Assembly: GCA_964651255.1 (NCBI GenBank)
Contig: CAZYWU010000002.1
Span: 82,038-145,638, forward strand
Length of the DNA: 63,601 bases
Direction: 5' to 3'
From: an uncultured Anaerolineales bacterium
GTDB lineage: Bacteria; Chloroflexota; Anaerolineae; UBA1429
A program made the translations under genes and the position numbers. Below are positions 26,243 to 35,779 of this stretch, in pieces (positions within the stretch are counted from its first letter, which is position 1; each line of letters starts with the position of its first letter). The notes under the pieces were generated by a model. It saw nothing but the letters and a program-made list of their open reading frames with translations. It was not told the DNA's origin and did not search any database.

Positions 26243-28357
26243 TCAGCCCGTGACTGCGAAACGTCCTGTGACAAAGGGCGCCCCGCCAGGCTGCGGCTGC
26301 CCGCCACCTGCGGAAATCGTAAAGGTTCCCGGCTCAACAACAGCATTCCCCTCATCATCGTATGCCGCCAGCTGTCGGCGCCCGATGGTAAAGCCCACTC
26401 TCCGGGACTCGCCGGGCTCCAGATGCACGCGCTCAAACCCCACCAAACTGCGCAGCGGAACCGGATATGCAGACTCATCGTGACTCAGATAGACCTGGAC
26501 GACCTCATCACCGGGCATAGTTCCCGTATTGCGCACACGGACGCTGACATTCACTGCTTGTCCGGCGCCGACAGAGGAGCTCACCTCCAGATCGCTGTAG
26601 GCAAAGGTCGTATAGGACAGACCGTGGCCAAAGGGATACAGAGGCTCCTCCTTCAAGAACCTGTAGGTACGACCCTGCATGGCATAGTCCTCCAGTGGCG
26701 GGAGCTGCTCCACACCGGTGTAGAACGTCACCGGCAGGCGGCCGGCTGGATTGTACTCACCAAAGAGCACTTCTCCGATGGCGGTGCCGCCCTCCTCGCC
26801 CGGATACCAGGCCTCGAGGATGGCTTGTGCGTTCTCCTTGGCCCAGTTCACCGCCAGCGCACTGCCGTTCAGCAGGATCACAACGAGCGGCTTGCCCGTG
26901 GCCGCAACGGTCCTGAGCAGCGACTCTTGCACAGCCGGCAGGTCGATATCGGGGCGATCGGCCCACTGTTTCTCCGGACTCTCCTCTCCCTCCACCAACT
27001 GCGAGATACCGACGCAGGCCACGATGACGTCGGCACTGCTGGCCGCCGCAACCGCCGCCTCAAAACCACTTTCGTCGGGATCCAGTAGCGCACTGCCTTG
27101 CGCATACGCGACGGTTCCATTGTGACGCATCGCCGCAGCACGGATACCCTCCAGCGGCGTCACCGAACGAGAGGGCGTTCCGGAATAGTTCCCAAGGAGC
27201 ACCTCAGCGTCATCGGCGTTGGGGCCGATGACGGCGATCTTGAGCCCCTCTTGCAGAGGCAACGCACCCCCATCGTTCTTGAGCAGCACCATCGATTGGC
27301 GAGCGACCTCCAAAGCCAGGGCCCTGTGCTCCGCGCAATCGTTGACGCTATAGGGGATGCGGGTATAGGGAACCATCTCCGGCGGATCGAACATGCCCAG
27401 GCGCATGCGCGTAAGCATCAACCTGCGGACCGACCGGTCGATGGTCGCCTCGTCGATATAGCCCTGCTCAACAGCGCCGAGCAGGTAAAGATAGGCCTCG
27501 CCGCAGTTGAGATCGCAACCGGCCTTGACGGCCATGGCCACGCCCTCTTCCGGGCCGCTGGCCACCTTGTGATGCAGCCAGATATCGCGGATCGCCCAGC
27601 AGTCCGACGTCACGTGCCCGTCAAAGTCCCACTCACCGCGCAAGATATCCACCAGCAGGGTTTCGCTGGCGCAACAGGGCTCGCCATTGGTCCGGTTATA
27701 GGCGCCCATCACCGCTTCCACCTTGGCTTCCCTGACCAGCGCCTCAAAGGCCGGCAGGTAGGTCTCGCGCATATCACGGGGACTGGCGATCGCGTTAAAG
27801 TGGTGCCGCTCGGCCTCAGGGCCGCTGTGCACGGCATAGTGTTTGGCGGTGGCAGCCACCTTGAGATACCTGGGGTGATCTCCCTGGAGGCCCTCCACCA
27901 GCGCCACGCCCATGCGGCTCGTCAGGAAGGGATCCTCTCCGTAAGTCTCCTGGCCGCGTCCCCAGCGGGGATCGCGGAAGATGTTGATATTGGGGGTCCA
28001 GAAAGTAAGTCCCTTGTAGATCCCCCGATCGCCCTGGCGCACGAACTCATGATGCTTTGCCCGGGCCTCATCGGAGGTCGCAATCGCCATACGCTTGATC
28101 AAGCTGGTGTTCCAGGTCGCTGCCATGCCAATTGCCTGAGGGAATACCGTCGCCACGCCCGCCCTTGCGACACCGTGCAGACACTCGTTCCACCAGTTAT
28201 AGGAGGGGATACCCAGACGTTCTATCTCCGGCGCGTCGTGGACCATCTGCGACACTTTTTCCTGCAGTGTCATGCGAGACACGAGATCGTCTGCTCGCTC
28301 CTCAAAGGAACGTTTGGGATCGAGATACAGCGGCGTGCTCGTATTATTGCCTGCCAT
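26243..28357 (-). CDS. GH3 beta-xylosidase/beta-glucosidase
   Basis: WWNECLHG, FWTPNIN, RDPRWGRGQETYGEDP, KHYAVH, VTSDC nucleophile, C-terminal Fn3-like domain. Confidence 0.93.
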   Translation of the reverse strand: MAGNNTSTPLYLDPKRSFEERADDLVSRMTLQEKVSQMVHDAPEIERLGIPSYNWWNECLHGVARAGVATVFPQAIGMAATWNTSLIKRMAIATSDEARAKHHEFVRQGDRGIYKGLTFWTPNINIFRDPRWGRGQETYGEDPFLTSRMGVALVEGLQGDHPRYLKVAATAKHYAVHSGPEAERHHFNAIASPRDMRETYLPAFEALVREAKVEAVMGAYNRTNGEPCCASETLLVDILRGEWDFDGHVTSDCWAIRDIWLHHKVASGPEEGVAMAVKAGCDLNCGEAYLYLLGAVEQGYIDEATIDRSVRRLMLTRMRLGMFDPPEMVPYTRIPYSVNDCAEHRALALEVARQSMVLLKNDGGALPLQEGLKIAVIGPNADDAEVLLGNYSGTPSRSVTPLEGIRAAAMRHNGTVAYAQGSALLDPDESGFEAAVAAASSADVIVACVGISQLVEGEESPEKQWADRPDIDLPAVQESLLRTVAATGKPLVVILLNGSALAVNWAKENAQAILEAWYPGEEGGTAIGEVLFGEYNPAGRLPVTFYTGVEQLPPLEDYAMQGRTYRFLKEEPLYPFGHGLSYTTFAYSDLEVSSSVGAGQAVNVSVRVRNTGTMPGDEVVQVYLSHDESAYPVPLRSLVGFERVHLEPGESRRVGFTIGRRQLAAYDDEGNAVVEPGTFTISAGGGQPQPGGAPFVTGRFAVTG

Positions 28358-28522
28358 GATTTGCCTCCGTCGACTTTCGTGAGCGGTACGGGTACTGCAG
28401 GGAGTATACAACGGGTGACGGGCAGTGACCACTAGCGGGAGTACCTCCAGGCAGCACCAGGGCACATCGCATTCACCTGACGCAACACCCTATTCACTCT
28501 TTCCTGACTGATTCCCTGGTAC

Positions 28523-28550
28523 TTGACGCCCCCCGGCTTTTCCCTATGAT
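28523..28550 (+). promoter_or_regulatory. sigma70-type promoter of pckG
   Basis: TTGACG-N16-TATGAT, about 185 nt upstream of the ATG. Confidence 0.65.
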
Positions 28551-28737
28551 CCAAGTGGTGTAGGTTGCGACCAGGCGCCTCCGCGCGCTTTCATACGTTG
28601 TGGCGGCATCACACGGCGAACGGGCGACTCCGTTGCGTCGGGCCCTGCAGCCTTGCCATGAGCGTTGTGAGACGCAGGGGCCCTGACCCCTGCCAGACTA
28701 TCGGGATCCGTCAAGAGTGTAGAGGAGGAAGCAGCAG

Positions 28738-30525
28738 ATGTCCTACGTCGTACAGCATGAAGGCCTGAAAAAGTGGGTCCAAGAAGTGGCTGACATGACC
28801 CAGCCAGACGATATCTACTGGTGCGACGGCACCAAGGAGGAATACGACCGGCTTATGGCCGAGGCTGTGGCGGGCGGCGCAGCCATCCCGGTTACCAAGC
28901 GTCCCAACAGCTTCCTCTTTCGCTCTGACCCCAGCGATGTAGCCCGTGTCGAGGACCGGACCTTCATCAGCACCACACTAAAAGAAGATGCCGGCCCGAC
29001 TAATAACTGGATCGCGCCCGACGAGCTCAAGGCAACACTCACCGAGCTGTCTACCGGCTGTATGAAGGGCCGCACGATGTACGTGATCCCCTTCTCCATG
29101 AGCCCGCTGGATTCCCCGATGGCCAAGATCGGCATTGAGATCACTGACAGCATCTACGTTGTGACCAACATGCACATCATGACACGCGTTGGCACCAAAG
29201 TGATAGAGGCCCTGGGCACCGATGGCGAGTACACGCCTTGTTTCCATTCTGTAGGCGCCCCGCTCGCTGAGGGTGAGAAAGACGTGCCATGGCCATGCGC
29301 ACCGATGGAGAAAAAGTACATTAGCCACTTCCCTGAAGAGAACCTGATCTGGTCTTTTGGTTCCGGCTATGGAGGCAACGCTCTGCTGGGCAAAAAGTGC
29401 TTTGCGCTGCGCATCGCCTCTGCACAGGCCAAGCGCGAGGGCTGGATGGCAGAGCACATGCTTATCCTGCGCTTTATCAGCCCCGAGGGCAAGCAATATC
29501 ACATTGCTGCCGCCTTTCCGTCAGCCTGCGGCAAGACCAACCTGGCCATGATCATTCCCACCATCGAAGGCTGGAAAGCCGAGTGCCTGGGCGATGACAT
29601 CGCCTGGATGAAGATCGGACCCGATGGCCGGCTCTACGCCATCAACCCGGAATCTGGGTTCTTTGGTGTGGCGCCGGGCACGTCCCACGATTCGAACCCG
29701 GCTGCGATGGACACCCTCGATAAGAACATCATCTTCACCAACTGCGCGCTGACCGATGACGGCGATATATGGTGGGAAGGCTTCGATGGCCCAACACCGC
29801 AGCACCTGATTGACTGGAAAGGTAACGATTGGACCCCGGAGAGCAAGGTTCCGGCCGCAAACCCGAACGCGCGCTTTACCGCGCCTGCGGCGCAGTGTCC
29901 GGTGATCTCGCCCGACTGGGAGGCCCCTCAGGGCGTGCCGATCGACATTCTCGTCTTTGGTGGTCGCCGCACGACGCTTGTTCCCCTCTTGATGGAGTCC
30001 TTTGACTGGGATCATGGTGTACTCCTGGGCGCTACTGCCAGCTCTGAAACCACCGCTGCCAACATTGGTGCCGTGGGGAACGTCCGCCGTGACCCGTTCG
30101 CGATGACACCCTTCTGCGGCTACAACATGGGTGACTATTTTGGGCACTGGCTCGAGATGGGCGACCGGCTGGGCGACAAGGCTCCCCGAATCTTTTACGT
30201 CAACTGGTTCCGCAAGGATGCCGAAGGACACTGGATGTGGCCGGGCTTTGGCGACAACAGCCGGGCTCTGAAGTGGATGTGCGATCGCCTCGAGGGCAAG
30301 GTAGAGGCTCGCGAGACGCCCATCGGTCTGCTGCCCTACAAAGAGGATCTCGACCTCAAGGGCATCGAAAAGTACGAGCAGTACCTGGACGAGCTACTGA
30401 GCGTGGACGTGGAAGGCTGGAAGGCTGAGATGCCCGGCATCGTGGCCTATATGGACCGCTTTGGAGATCGTCTGCCCCCGCGCATCAAGGTACAGCTCGA
30501 TAAACTGCAGGAACGTCTTGGCTAG
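28738..30525 (+). CDS. pckG: Phosphoenolpyruvate carboxykinase (GTP)
   Basis: [66 protein letters not shown]. Confidence 0.97.
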   Translation: MSYVVQHEGLKKWVQEVADMTQPDDIYWCDGTKEEYDRLMAEAVAGGAAIPVTKRPNSFLFRSDPSDVARVEDRTFISTTLKEDAGPTNNWIAPDELKATLTELSTGCMKGRTMYVIPFSMSPLDSPMAKIGIEITDSIYVVTNMHIMTRVGTKVIEALGTDGEYTPCFHSVGAPLAEGEKDVPWPCAPMEKKYISHFPEENLIWSFGSGYGGNALLGKKCFALRIASAQAKREGWMAEHMLILRFISPEGKQYHIAAAFPSACGKTNLAMIIPTIEGWKAECLGDDIAWMKIGPDGRLYAINPESGFFGVAPGTSHDSNPAAMDTLDKNIIFTNCALTDDGDIWWEGFDGPTPQHLIDWKGNDWTPESKVPAANPNARFTAPAAQCPVISPDWEAPQGVPIDILVFGGRRTTLVPLLMESFDWDHGVLLGATASSETTAANIGAVGNVRRDPFAMTPFCGYNMGDYFGHWLEMGDRLGDKAPRIFYVNWFRKDAEGHWMWPGFGDNSRALKWMCDRLEGKVEARETPIGLLPYKEDLDLKGIEKYEQYLDELLSVDVEGWKAEMPGIVAYMDRFGDRLPPRIKVQLDKLQERLG

Positions 30526-30550
30526 CTAACAGCCAGGTCTCTGGCAATCA

Positions 30551-30587
30551 AGGAGGCTACCGGCCGTAGAGTGACCGGTAGCCTCCT
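30551..30587 (+). terminator. Hairpin downstream of pckG
   Basis: AGGAGGCTACCGG / CCGGTAGCCTCCT, perfect 13-bp inverted repeat; no clear U-tract. Confidence 0.65.
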
Positions 30588-30608
30588 GGCTCATATGACG
30601 GGAGTATC

Positions 30609-30818
30609 ATGGAAGAGCAACCTCACATCCGCCTTGATCAGTTTCTCAAGGTCGTGGGCCTGGTCAAGTCAGGCGGCGAGGCCAAGTACTTGATCCAGCA
30701 TGGAGAGGTTCTGCTGAACGGTGAGGTTGAGACACACCGGTCAAAGAAACTGCACGCCGGCGACATAGTCGTGCTCGGTGACTATGAGGTCACTGTAGAG
30801 CTTGATCCAGAGGCCTGA
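30609..30818 (+). CDS. S4-domain RNA-binding protein (YaaA/YbcJ-like)
   Basis: IRLDQFLK..G...SGGEAK..I..G.V..NGEVET.R.KKL..GD. Confidence 0.9.
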   Translation: MEEQPHIRLDQFLKVVGLVKSGGEAKYLIQHGEVLLNGEVETHRSKKLHAGDIVVLGDYEVTVELDPEA

Positions 30819-31291
30819 TCGTGCGCAGAGCTGGCCGTCCCGGGTTCGTTCGTCAGGCTGCACCCCATATACAGCCGGTCACCCATATCCTGCTTGACCA
30901 GAAACCCGCTGTTTGCATACAACTGCATGGCCCGCGTGTTAGACTTGGTCACGTTCAGCGTGATCTCGCGCCGGCGCTTGACCCGGGCCATCCTGATCGC
31001 ATCCTCCACGAGTTCACGACCGACTCCCTGGCCCCAGTAAGCCTCTGCAACCTGCAGATGGCGAATGTGGGCGCGTTCGCGTCCCACACGCCAGTCCAGC
31101 CAGAGCCAACCGACAAGCTCCTGGCCCTCTTCATAGACGTAGACGTCCCCGCCCGGCGCGGATCGCTCCAGGGCGTGTCGAAAAGCACTTTCCACGAAAG
31201 GCTCTCCGGGGAAATTGATTCGCCAGCTCTGACGCTGCATCGCGAGCAAAGCCGAATAGTCTCGCCTGAGATCAACAGCACGTCTTTCCAT
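30782..31291 (-). CDS. GNAT family N-acetyltransferase
   Basis: V...YWGQGVG acetyl-CoA motif; L.V..SN..A..LY...GF. Confidence 0.85.
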   Translation of the reverse strand: MERRAVDLRRDYSALLAMQRQSWRINFPGEPFVESAFRHALERSAPGGDVYVYEEGQELVGWLWLDWRVGRERAHIRHLQVAEAYWGQGVGRELVEDAIRMARVKRRREITLNVTKSNTRAMQLYANSGFLVKQDMGDRLYMGCSLTNEPGTASSAHDQASGSSSTVTS

Positions 31292-31299
31292 CGACTGGC

Positions 31300-32433
31300 C
31301 TAGGCAAAGAGCTTGGTTCCGGGTTTGAGATAGCGCTCCGCAGCCTCCATATTGAGCTCTACCCCCAGCCCTGGCCGATCCGTCAGCGTAATGGCACCAT
31401 TCTGAATCAGCGGCGGGTCCGCAAGCACCAACTCATGCCAGTGCGGGCGCTCAAGCCAATGCCATTCGAGCACCAGAAAGTTCGGTACGGCAGCGCAGCA
31501 GTGCGCAGATGCCACAGTGCCCAACGGGCCGCAGACGTTGTGAGGCGCCATGGGGATGTAGTAGACCTCAGCCATCGCAGCGATCTTTTTCCCCTCAGAC
31601 AGCCCGCAGCACTTGGGCAGGTCGGGCATGATGATGTCAACCGCCTGTTTCTCCAACAGATCGCGAAAACCCCAGCGCAGGAACAGATTCTCGCCCGCGC
31701 AGATGGGCGTGCGCGTGGCATTCTTGACTTGACGCATCGCATCCACGTTCTCGGGCGGCACGGGCTCCTCGAGCCACATCAGATCATACGGTTCGAGAGC
31801 CTGCGCGATGCGCGCCCCGGAGCTGGTGTCGTACCGCCCGTGTAGATCCATCGCCAGATCGATATGTGGACCCAGGGCCTCACGCACCGCGGCGACCTTC
31901 TCGACCATCGCGTCCAACTCGCGGCGGCTCACCGTATGGTTAAAGGGGTCTTTCTTGGCCGGGCTCTGCATATCGTCGAGATCGAACTTGAGGGCATCAA
32001 AGCCCATGTCCGCCACCTCGCGCGCCTTGGCCGCGTTAGCCGCGGGAGAATCATCGCCGCCTGCGTGACAGTCGGCATAGAGCCTGACAGAATCCCTGAA
32101 CTTGCCCCCCAGCAACGCATAGACTGGCAGACCCACTGCGCGCCCTGCCAGATCCCAGAGAGCGATCTCGATGCCCGTCAGGGCCGTCACAAAGTTGCCG
32201 GCCATCGCGCCATCGAATACACGGGCGCGGCGCATCTTTTCATAGAGCCGGTCCACGTTCATCGGGTCCTCGCCGATGATCAGGCTGCCCAGCGCCCCGA
32301 TGATCTGCTGGATACCAGCGCCCCCGTGAATACATTCTCCGGTGCCCGTAACCCCGGTGTCCGTGGCAATGCGCACAAAGCAGTTCCAGCCATGTCCCCG
32401 GACCTCACCCGTACGGATCTCTGTGATCTTCAT
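31300..32433 (-). CDS. Mandelate racemase/muconate lactonizing enzyme family (probable acid-sugar dehydratase)
   Basis: IEIALWDLAG, KFD, DLHG, LEEP, GEN, PHN, LE. Confidence 0.9.
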   Translation of the reverse strand: MKITEIRTGEVRGHGWNCFVRIATDTGVTGTGECIHGGAGIQQIIGALGSLIIGEDPMNVDRLYEKMRRARVFDGAMAGNFVTALTGIEIALWDLAGRAVGLPVYALLGGKFRDSVRLYADCHAGGDDSPAANAAKAREVADMGFDALKFDLDDMQSPAKKDPFNHTVSRRELDAMVEKVAAVREALGPHIDLAMDLHGRYDTSSGARIAQALEPYDLMWLEEPVPPENVDAMRQVKNATRTPICAGENLFLRWGFRDLLEKQAVDIIMPDLPKCCGLSEGKKIAAMAEVYYIPMAPHNVCGPLGTVASAHCCAAVPNFLVLEWHWLERPHWHELVLADPPLIQNGAITLTDRPGLGVELNMEAAERYLKPGTKLFA

Positions 32434-32506
32434 CCATCCTCCCGGCAGCAGCTTCAGGAACCGATGCTACGCACCGTCACGGCGACTGTCAAACTCACTC
32501 TCAAAC

Positions 32507-33313
32507 TCACTCGCCGGACTCGCCGACAAGCCACCGCTCCTCAAGTCGTCCCAGGGTCCCATCCGCGGAGAGGCTGGCGAGCGCCGCATCGATCTCCCTG
32601 GCCAGCGCCGGCGAATCGGCACGCACAGCGATCACATACGGGTCCACCGTCAGCGGCTCACCGGCGATCCGCACCCGGCCTGTCGCTGTCAGAGCGAGAG
32701 CGTCAATGCGATCGCAGACCAGAGCCGATGCTCGACCATCCTGCAGGGCAGCGGCGGCTCCAGTGAGATCATTCAGTGCGAGAATCTCCACGCCCAGCCC
32801 GCTGTCGCGATTGAGCCGGCTCAGCGATGCATGACCCTCAGCGCCGAGCTCCACCGCTACCACTTTGCCCGATAGATCAGACGCCGTCTCGATGCTGTCA
32901 TCAGCAGCCAGCACTACAATTACCTGCCCACCGGCAACATAGGGCCTCGAATAGATGACATCGCGCGTCAATAACGCATCATAGGGAAGGGCCGAGAGTA
33001 TCAGATCAGCCTTGTGCGCAAAAAGCGCGTCGTACAGTCCATCGAAAGCGACATTGACAAAGGCGACCTCCAGCCCCCAGCGGCCTGCGATAGCACGGGC
33101 CAGGTCGGCGTCCAGACCATGATACATGCCCTGGTCATCCACCCACTCAAAGGGCGGGTAGGCCGCGTCCATCGCCACGCGCACGATGCCCGTTGCGTTG
33201 ATCTGCTGCCAGGCATCCTCCCGTGAGACCCGTTGGCGATCCAGCAGAACGGCAAAGAGCACAGCCAGCAAGACGCCGGCCACAACGCCAATCCGCGTCA
33301 CCCTGGCGGACAC
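32507..33313 (-). CDS. Amino-acid-type ABC substrate-binding protein (family 3)
   Basis: N-terminal TM; YPPFE, GLDADLARAIA, FDGL..AL...K.DLI.SAL, YSRPY, DLSGK.VAV. Confidence 0.88.
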   Translation of the reverse strand: MSARVTRIGVVAGVLLAVLFAVLLDRQRVSREDAWQQINATGIVRVAMDAAYPPFEWVDDQGMYHGLDADLARAIAGRWGLEVAFVNVAFDGLYDALFAHKADLILSALPYDALLTRDVIYSRPYVAGGQVIVVLAADDSIETASDLSGKVVAVELGAEGHASLSRLNRDSGLGVEILALNDLTGAAAALQDGRASALVCDRIDALALTATGRVRIAGEPLTVDPYVIAVRADSPALAREIDAALASLSADGTLGRLEERWLVGESGE

Positions 33314-34479
33314 TAGGGCGCCTCCAACAGAAACTCAAAGGGCTCGCCACGGGCATAGCGTGCCAGCTCGGTATAGATGGGCCTCGGGATAAAATCGGGC
33401 GTCACAAAGGTGAACTGATCCTGATAGGTGCGCTGCGCCACGGGGAAACGGAAAACCCAGAGGCAAATGGCCTCGCACCACTCCCAGTCATGCAAAGCGA
33501 TCTCGTAGGCATCGACAGTGTAGCGGATGCGAAGATAAGGGCTCACCGCCCTGGTCCAACGCGGGTGGTCGTTCCAGCCCCCCTCAGTAACATACGCCAG
33601 CTTATCCCCGTCACCATTAGCAACCATGATCTCTCGCAGCAACTCGATCCGCCGAAAGTTGATGCGATCCAGCGCTGGCGGATCATCGGCGGGAAATGTA
33701 AAACCATAGGCATGCATCGCGAGACCGTCAAAATACGGGGCAGCCCCCGCGTCATACATCGCCTGCAGATAGAGCAAGTCATCCATGCCCCACTCGCTTC
33801 CCGCAGGCGCCATTGTGGGCGCGAGACCAGCGGCAAGGACCTGGATCTCTGGCGCTACCGCTTTGATCGCCTCATAGCTCTGGCGAAGCAACTCGGTGTA
33901 ACCCGCGGGATCCGGGATCCGATAGCCCCATTCAAAAGCGAGGTTGGGCTCGTTCCAGATGATGATGTGGTTGATGCGCCCACGATAGCGCTCCGCAAAA
34001 GCCCCCACGAAACGGGCATATTGGACAAAGCTCTCTTCGGGCAGATACCTGGCCGTGGTTTCGGGCGGGCGTGCCCACTCGGGCACATAGTCGATCCGGG
34101 CAATGATCGTCAAACCCTGTGCCACGGCGTGATCTACGATGAGATCGGCATGCCTCCAGTCATAGCGTCCCTCGCTCGGCTCGCAGTACGCCCAGGGAAA
34201 ATACTCGACGATCCAGGGTGCGCCCATCTCGCGGACCATTTGCAGGTTACGCTGGATTTTCCACTCCTCAACCTCGTCCGTCAGGCGGGTGTGCACCCCC
34301 ATCTTGTGATTACGCGTCACCACCTCTTGAGGGGCGCCGATCAAGACCAGGCGTTTGGTGGGTGCACTCAGCAGAAGGATCATCCCGAACAGAACAACTG
34401 CTCGGGCTATCCACCTGATCTCCACATGGCGCCAGATGCGCCACCGTCCGGCAGGGGGTCGTATTGCCATGCGCTTCAT
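33313..34479 (-). CDS. Clan GH-A (GH5/GH39-like) glycoside hydrolase with N-terminal anchor (start 34470 or 34479)
   Basis: IWNEPN (acid/base), MHAY, VTEGGW (nucleophile). Shares base 33313 with the SBP start. Confidence 0.78.
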   Translation of the reverse strand: MKRMAIRPPAGRWRIWRHVEIRWIARAVVLFGMILLLSAPTKRLVLIGAPQEVVTRNHKMGVHTRLTDEVEEWKIQRNLQMVREMGAPWIVEYFPWAYCEPSEGRYDWRHADLIVDHAVAQGLTIIARIDYVPEWARPPETTARYLPEESFVQYARFVGAFAERYRGRINHIIIWNEPNLAFEWGYRIPDPAGYTELLRQSYEAIKAVAPEIQVLAAGLAPTMAPAGSEWGMDDLLYLQAMYDAGAAPYFDGLAMHAYGFTFPADDPPALDRINFRRIELLREIMVANGDGDKLAYVTEGGWNDHPRWTRAVSPYLRIRYTVDAYEIALHDWEWCEAICLWVFRFPVAQRTYQDQFTFVTPDFIPRPIYTELARYARGEPFEFLLEAP

Positions 34480-34492
34480 CTTGTGCTAGACT
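34464..34492 (+). promoter_or_regulatory. sigma70-type promoter of tRNA-Arg
   Basis: TTGCCA-N17-TAGACT with TG extension, ending 9 nt before the tRNA. Confidence 0.65.
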
Positions 34493-34501
34493 CTGGGCCG
34501 T

Positions 34502-34577
34502 GCCCCAGTAGCTCAGAGGATAGAGCAGAGGTTTCCTAAACCTTGTGCCGGGGGTTCAACTCCCTCCTGGGGCACCA
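34502..34577 (+). tRNA. tRNA-Arg(CCT)
   Basis: Acceptor GCCCCAG/CTGGGGC, D arm GCTC/GAGC, anticodon loop TTCCTAA, T loop TTCAACT, encoded CCA; 76 nt. Confidence 0.97.
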
Positions 34578-34724
34578 AACCCCATCCACCATCTGAGCCT
34601 CCCGATATTAGCATCGATATCCATCGCAGACCAGACGCGCTGCGCAGCTGCGCCCCGCGAGCTTGCCCTGCCGCCCCAACTCCGAGTAGAATGCAGACCA
34701 GGATCGTCACGCGATTGCCTTGTG

Positions 34725-35060
34725 ATGGTTCGATCTCGGACTCTCGACAAGTCCAGCATTCTGCAGGCACTGGCCCAGGGGCACTTTAGCGGCACGGGGC
34801 CAGTCATTGAGGAACTCACAGTCGTGACATCACACCATGGCCAGCGGGAGCTTCACGTGCGTTGCAGCCCGTGCCAGCAGATCATCTTTTATGCTGTGGA
34901 TTCGCGCGGGCAGCGGTTTGTTGCCGCTTCCGGTGATCGTGTGACCCATGCACGCCTGTCCATTCAGCCCGAGCAGATCTATGTCCGGGTAGAGTGTCGC
35001 GACCACGGGTCAGGCTGTGCCTGGAGCAATCCTGTGTATGTCACTGATGTCGTGAGCTAG
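34725..35060 (+). pseudogene. C-terminal fragment (or standalone domain) of a PHP/CehA-McbA-type metallohydrolase
   Basis: MVRS..LD..SIL.AL..GHF..TGP ... YVRVEC.D..GCAWSNP matches the C-terminus of such hydrolases. No N-terminal PHP His motifs upstream. Confidence 0.5.
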
Positions 35061-35146
35061 CTGCACCGCCTGCCCTTGCAGGGATCACGTAAAAAACGAC
35101 GGCAACGGGACACATACCTCGTCACTTAACACAGGGAGCGAGAACT

Positions 35147-35776
35147 ATGGAACCTCTACTACAGGGTGTCACGTGGCTTGGCCACGCCAGTTTTCGTATC
35201 GTCACGGACAGGGTGATATACATCGACCCATGGCAGCTGGCCGGAGGGCCGGCTGCCGACCTGATCCTCGTGACTCATGGACACGGCGATCACCTCTCCG
35301 TCAGTGACATTGCGCTGGTCAGCGGGCCAGAGACCCAGATCCTGTGCCCTCCCGAGTGCTTACCGCAACTGGAAGGGCGACAGGTATCCGCCGTTCGGCC
35401 AGGAGATCAACTGCAGGTCAAGGATGTCCGCATAGAGGTAGTCCCTGCCTACAACACGGACAAGCCAAACCATCCTCGATCGGCCGGCCATGTGGGGTAT
35501 GTCATCGAGACCGGTGGCCGCAGGTTCTACCACGCGGGCGACACCGATCTCATCCCCGAGATGGACCATATCTCCTGCGATGTCGCCTTTCTCCCCATGG
35601 GCGGCACATACACGATGAACGCCGAACAGGCAGCACAGGCAGCGGAGCGCATTGCGCCCAAGATCGTCGTGCCGATGCATTGGGGACGACTGGTGGGTAC
35701 CCAAAAGGACGTGGAGCGCCTCGGCAGGCTGATGCCGAAGGGTGTGCGTCTGGCGGTGATGGCGCCTGAGCACTGA
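35147..35776 (+). CDS. MBL-fold metallo-hydrolase (UlaG/Lactamase_B_3-like)
   Basis: WLGHASF, IDPW, THGHGDH, GY, HAGDT, PMHW. Confidence 0.9.
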   Translation: MEPLLQGVTWLGHASFRIVTDRVIYIDPWQLAGGPAADLILVTHGHGDHLSVSDIALVSGPETQILCPPECLPQLEGRQVSAVRPGDQLQVKDVRIEVVPAYNTDKPNHPRSAGHVGYVIETGGRRFYHAGDTDLIPEMDHISCDVAFLPMGGTYTMNAEQAAQAAERIAPKIVVPMHWGRLVGTQKDVERLGRLMPKGVRLAVMAPEH

Positions 35777-35779
35777 CCG

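Noticed and set aside
30782-30818. 37-nt convergent overlap of the S4 and GNAT genes
   Set aside because: The GNAT tail in the overlap is low-complexity and beyond the domain; this is a common run-on stop with no sign of function.
34502-35150. Genomic island integrated at tRNA-Arg(CCT)
   Set aside because: No integrase, no duplicated tRNA 3' end in the window, and flanking genes look native.
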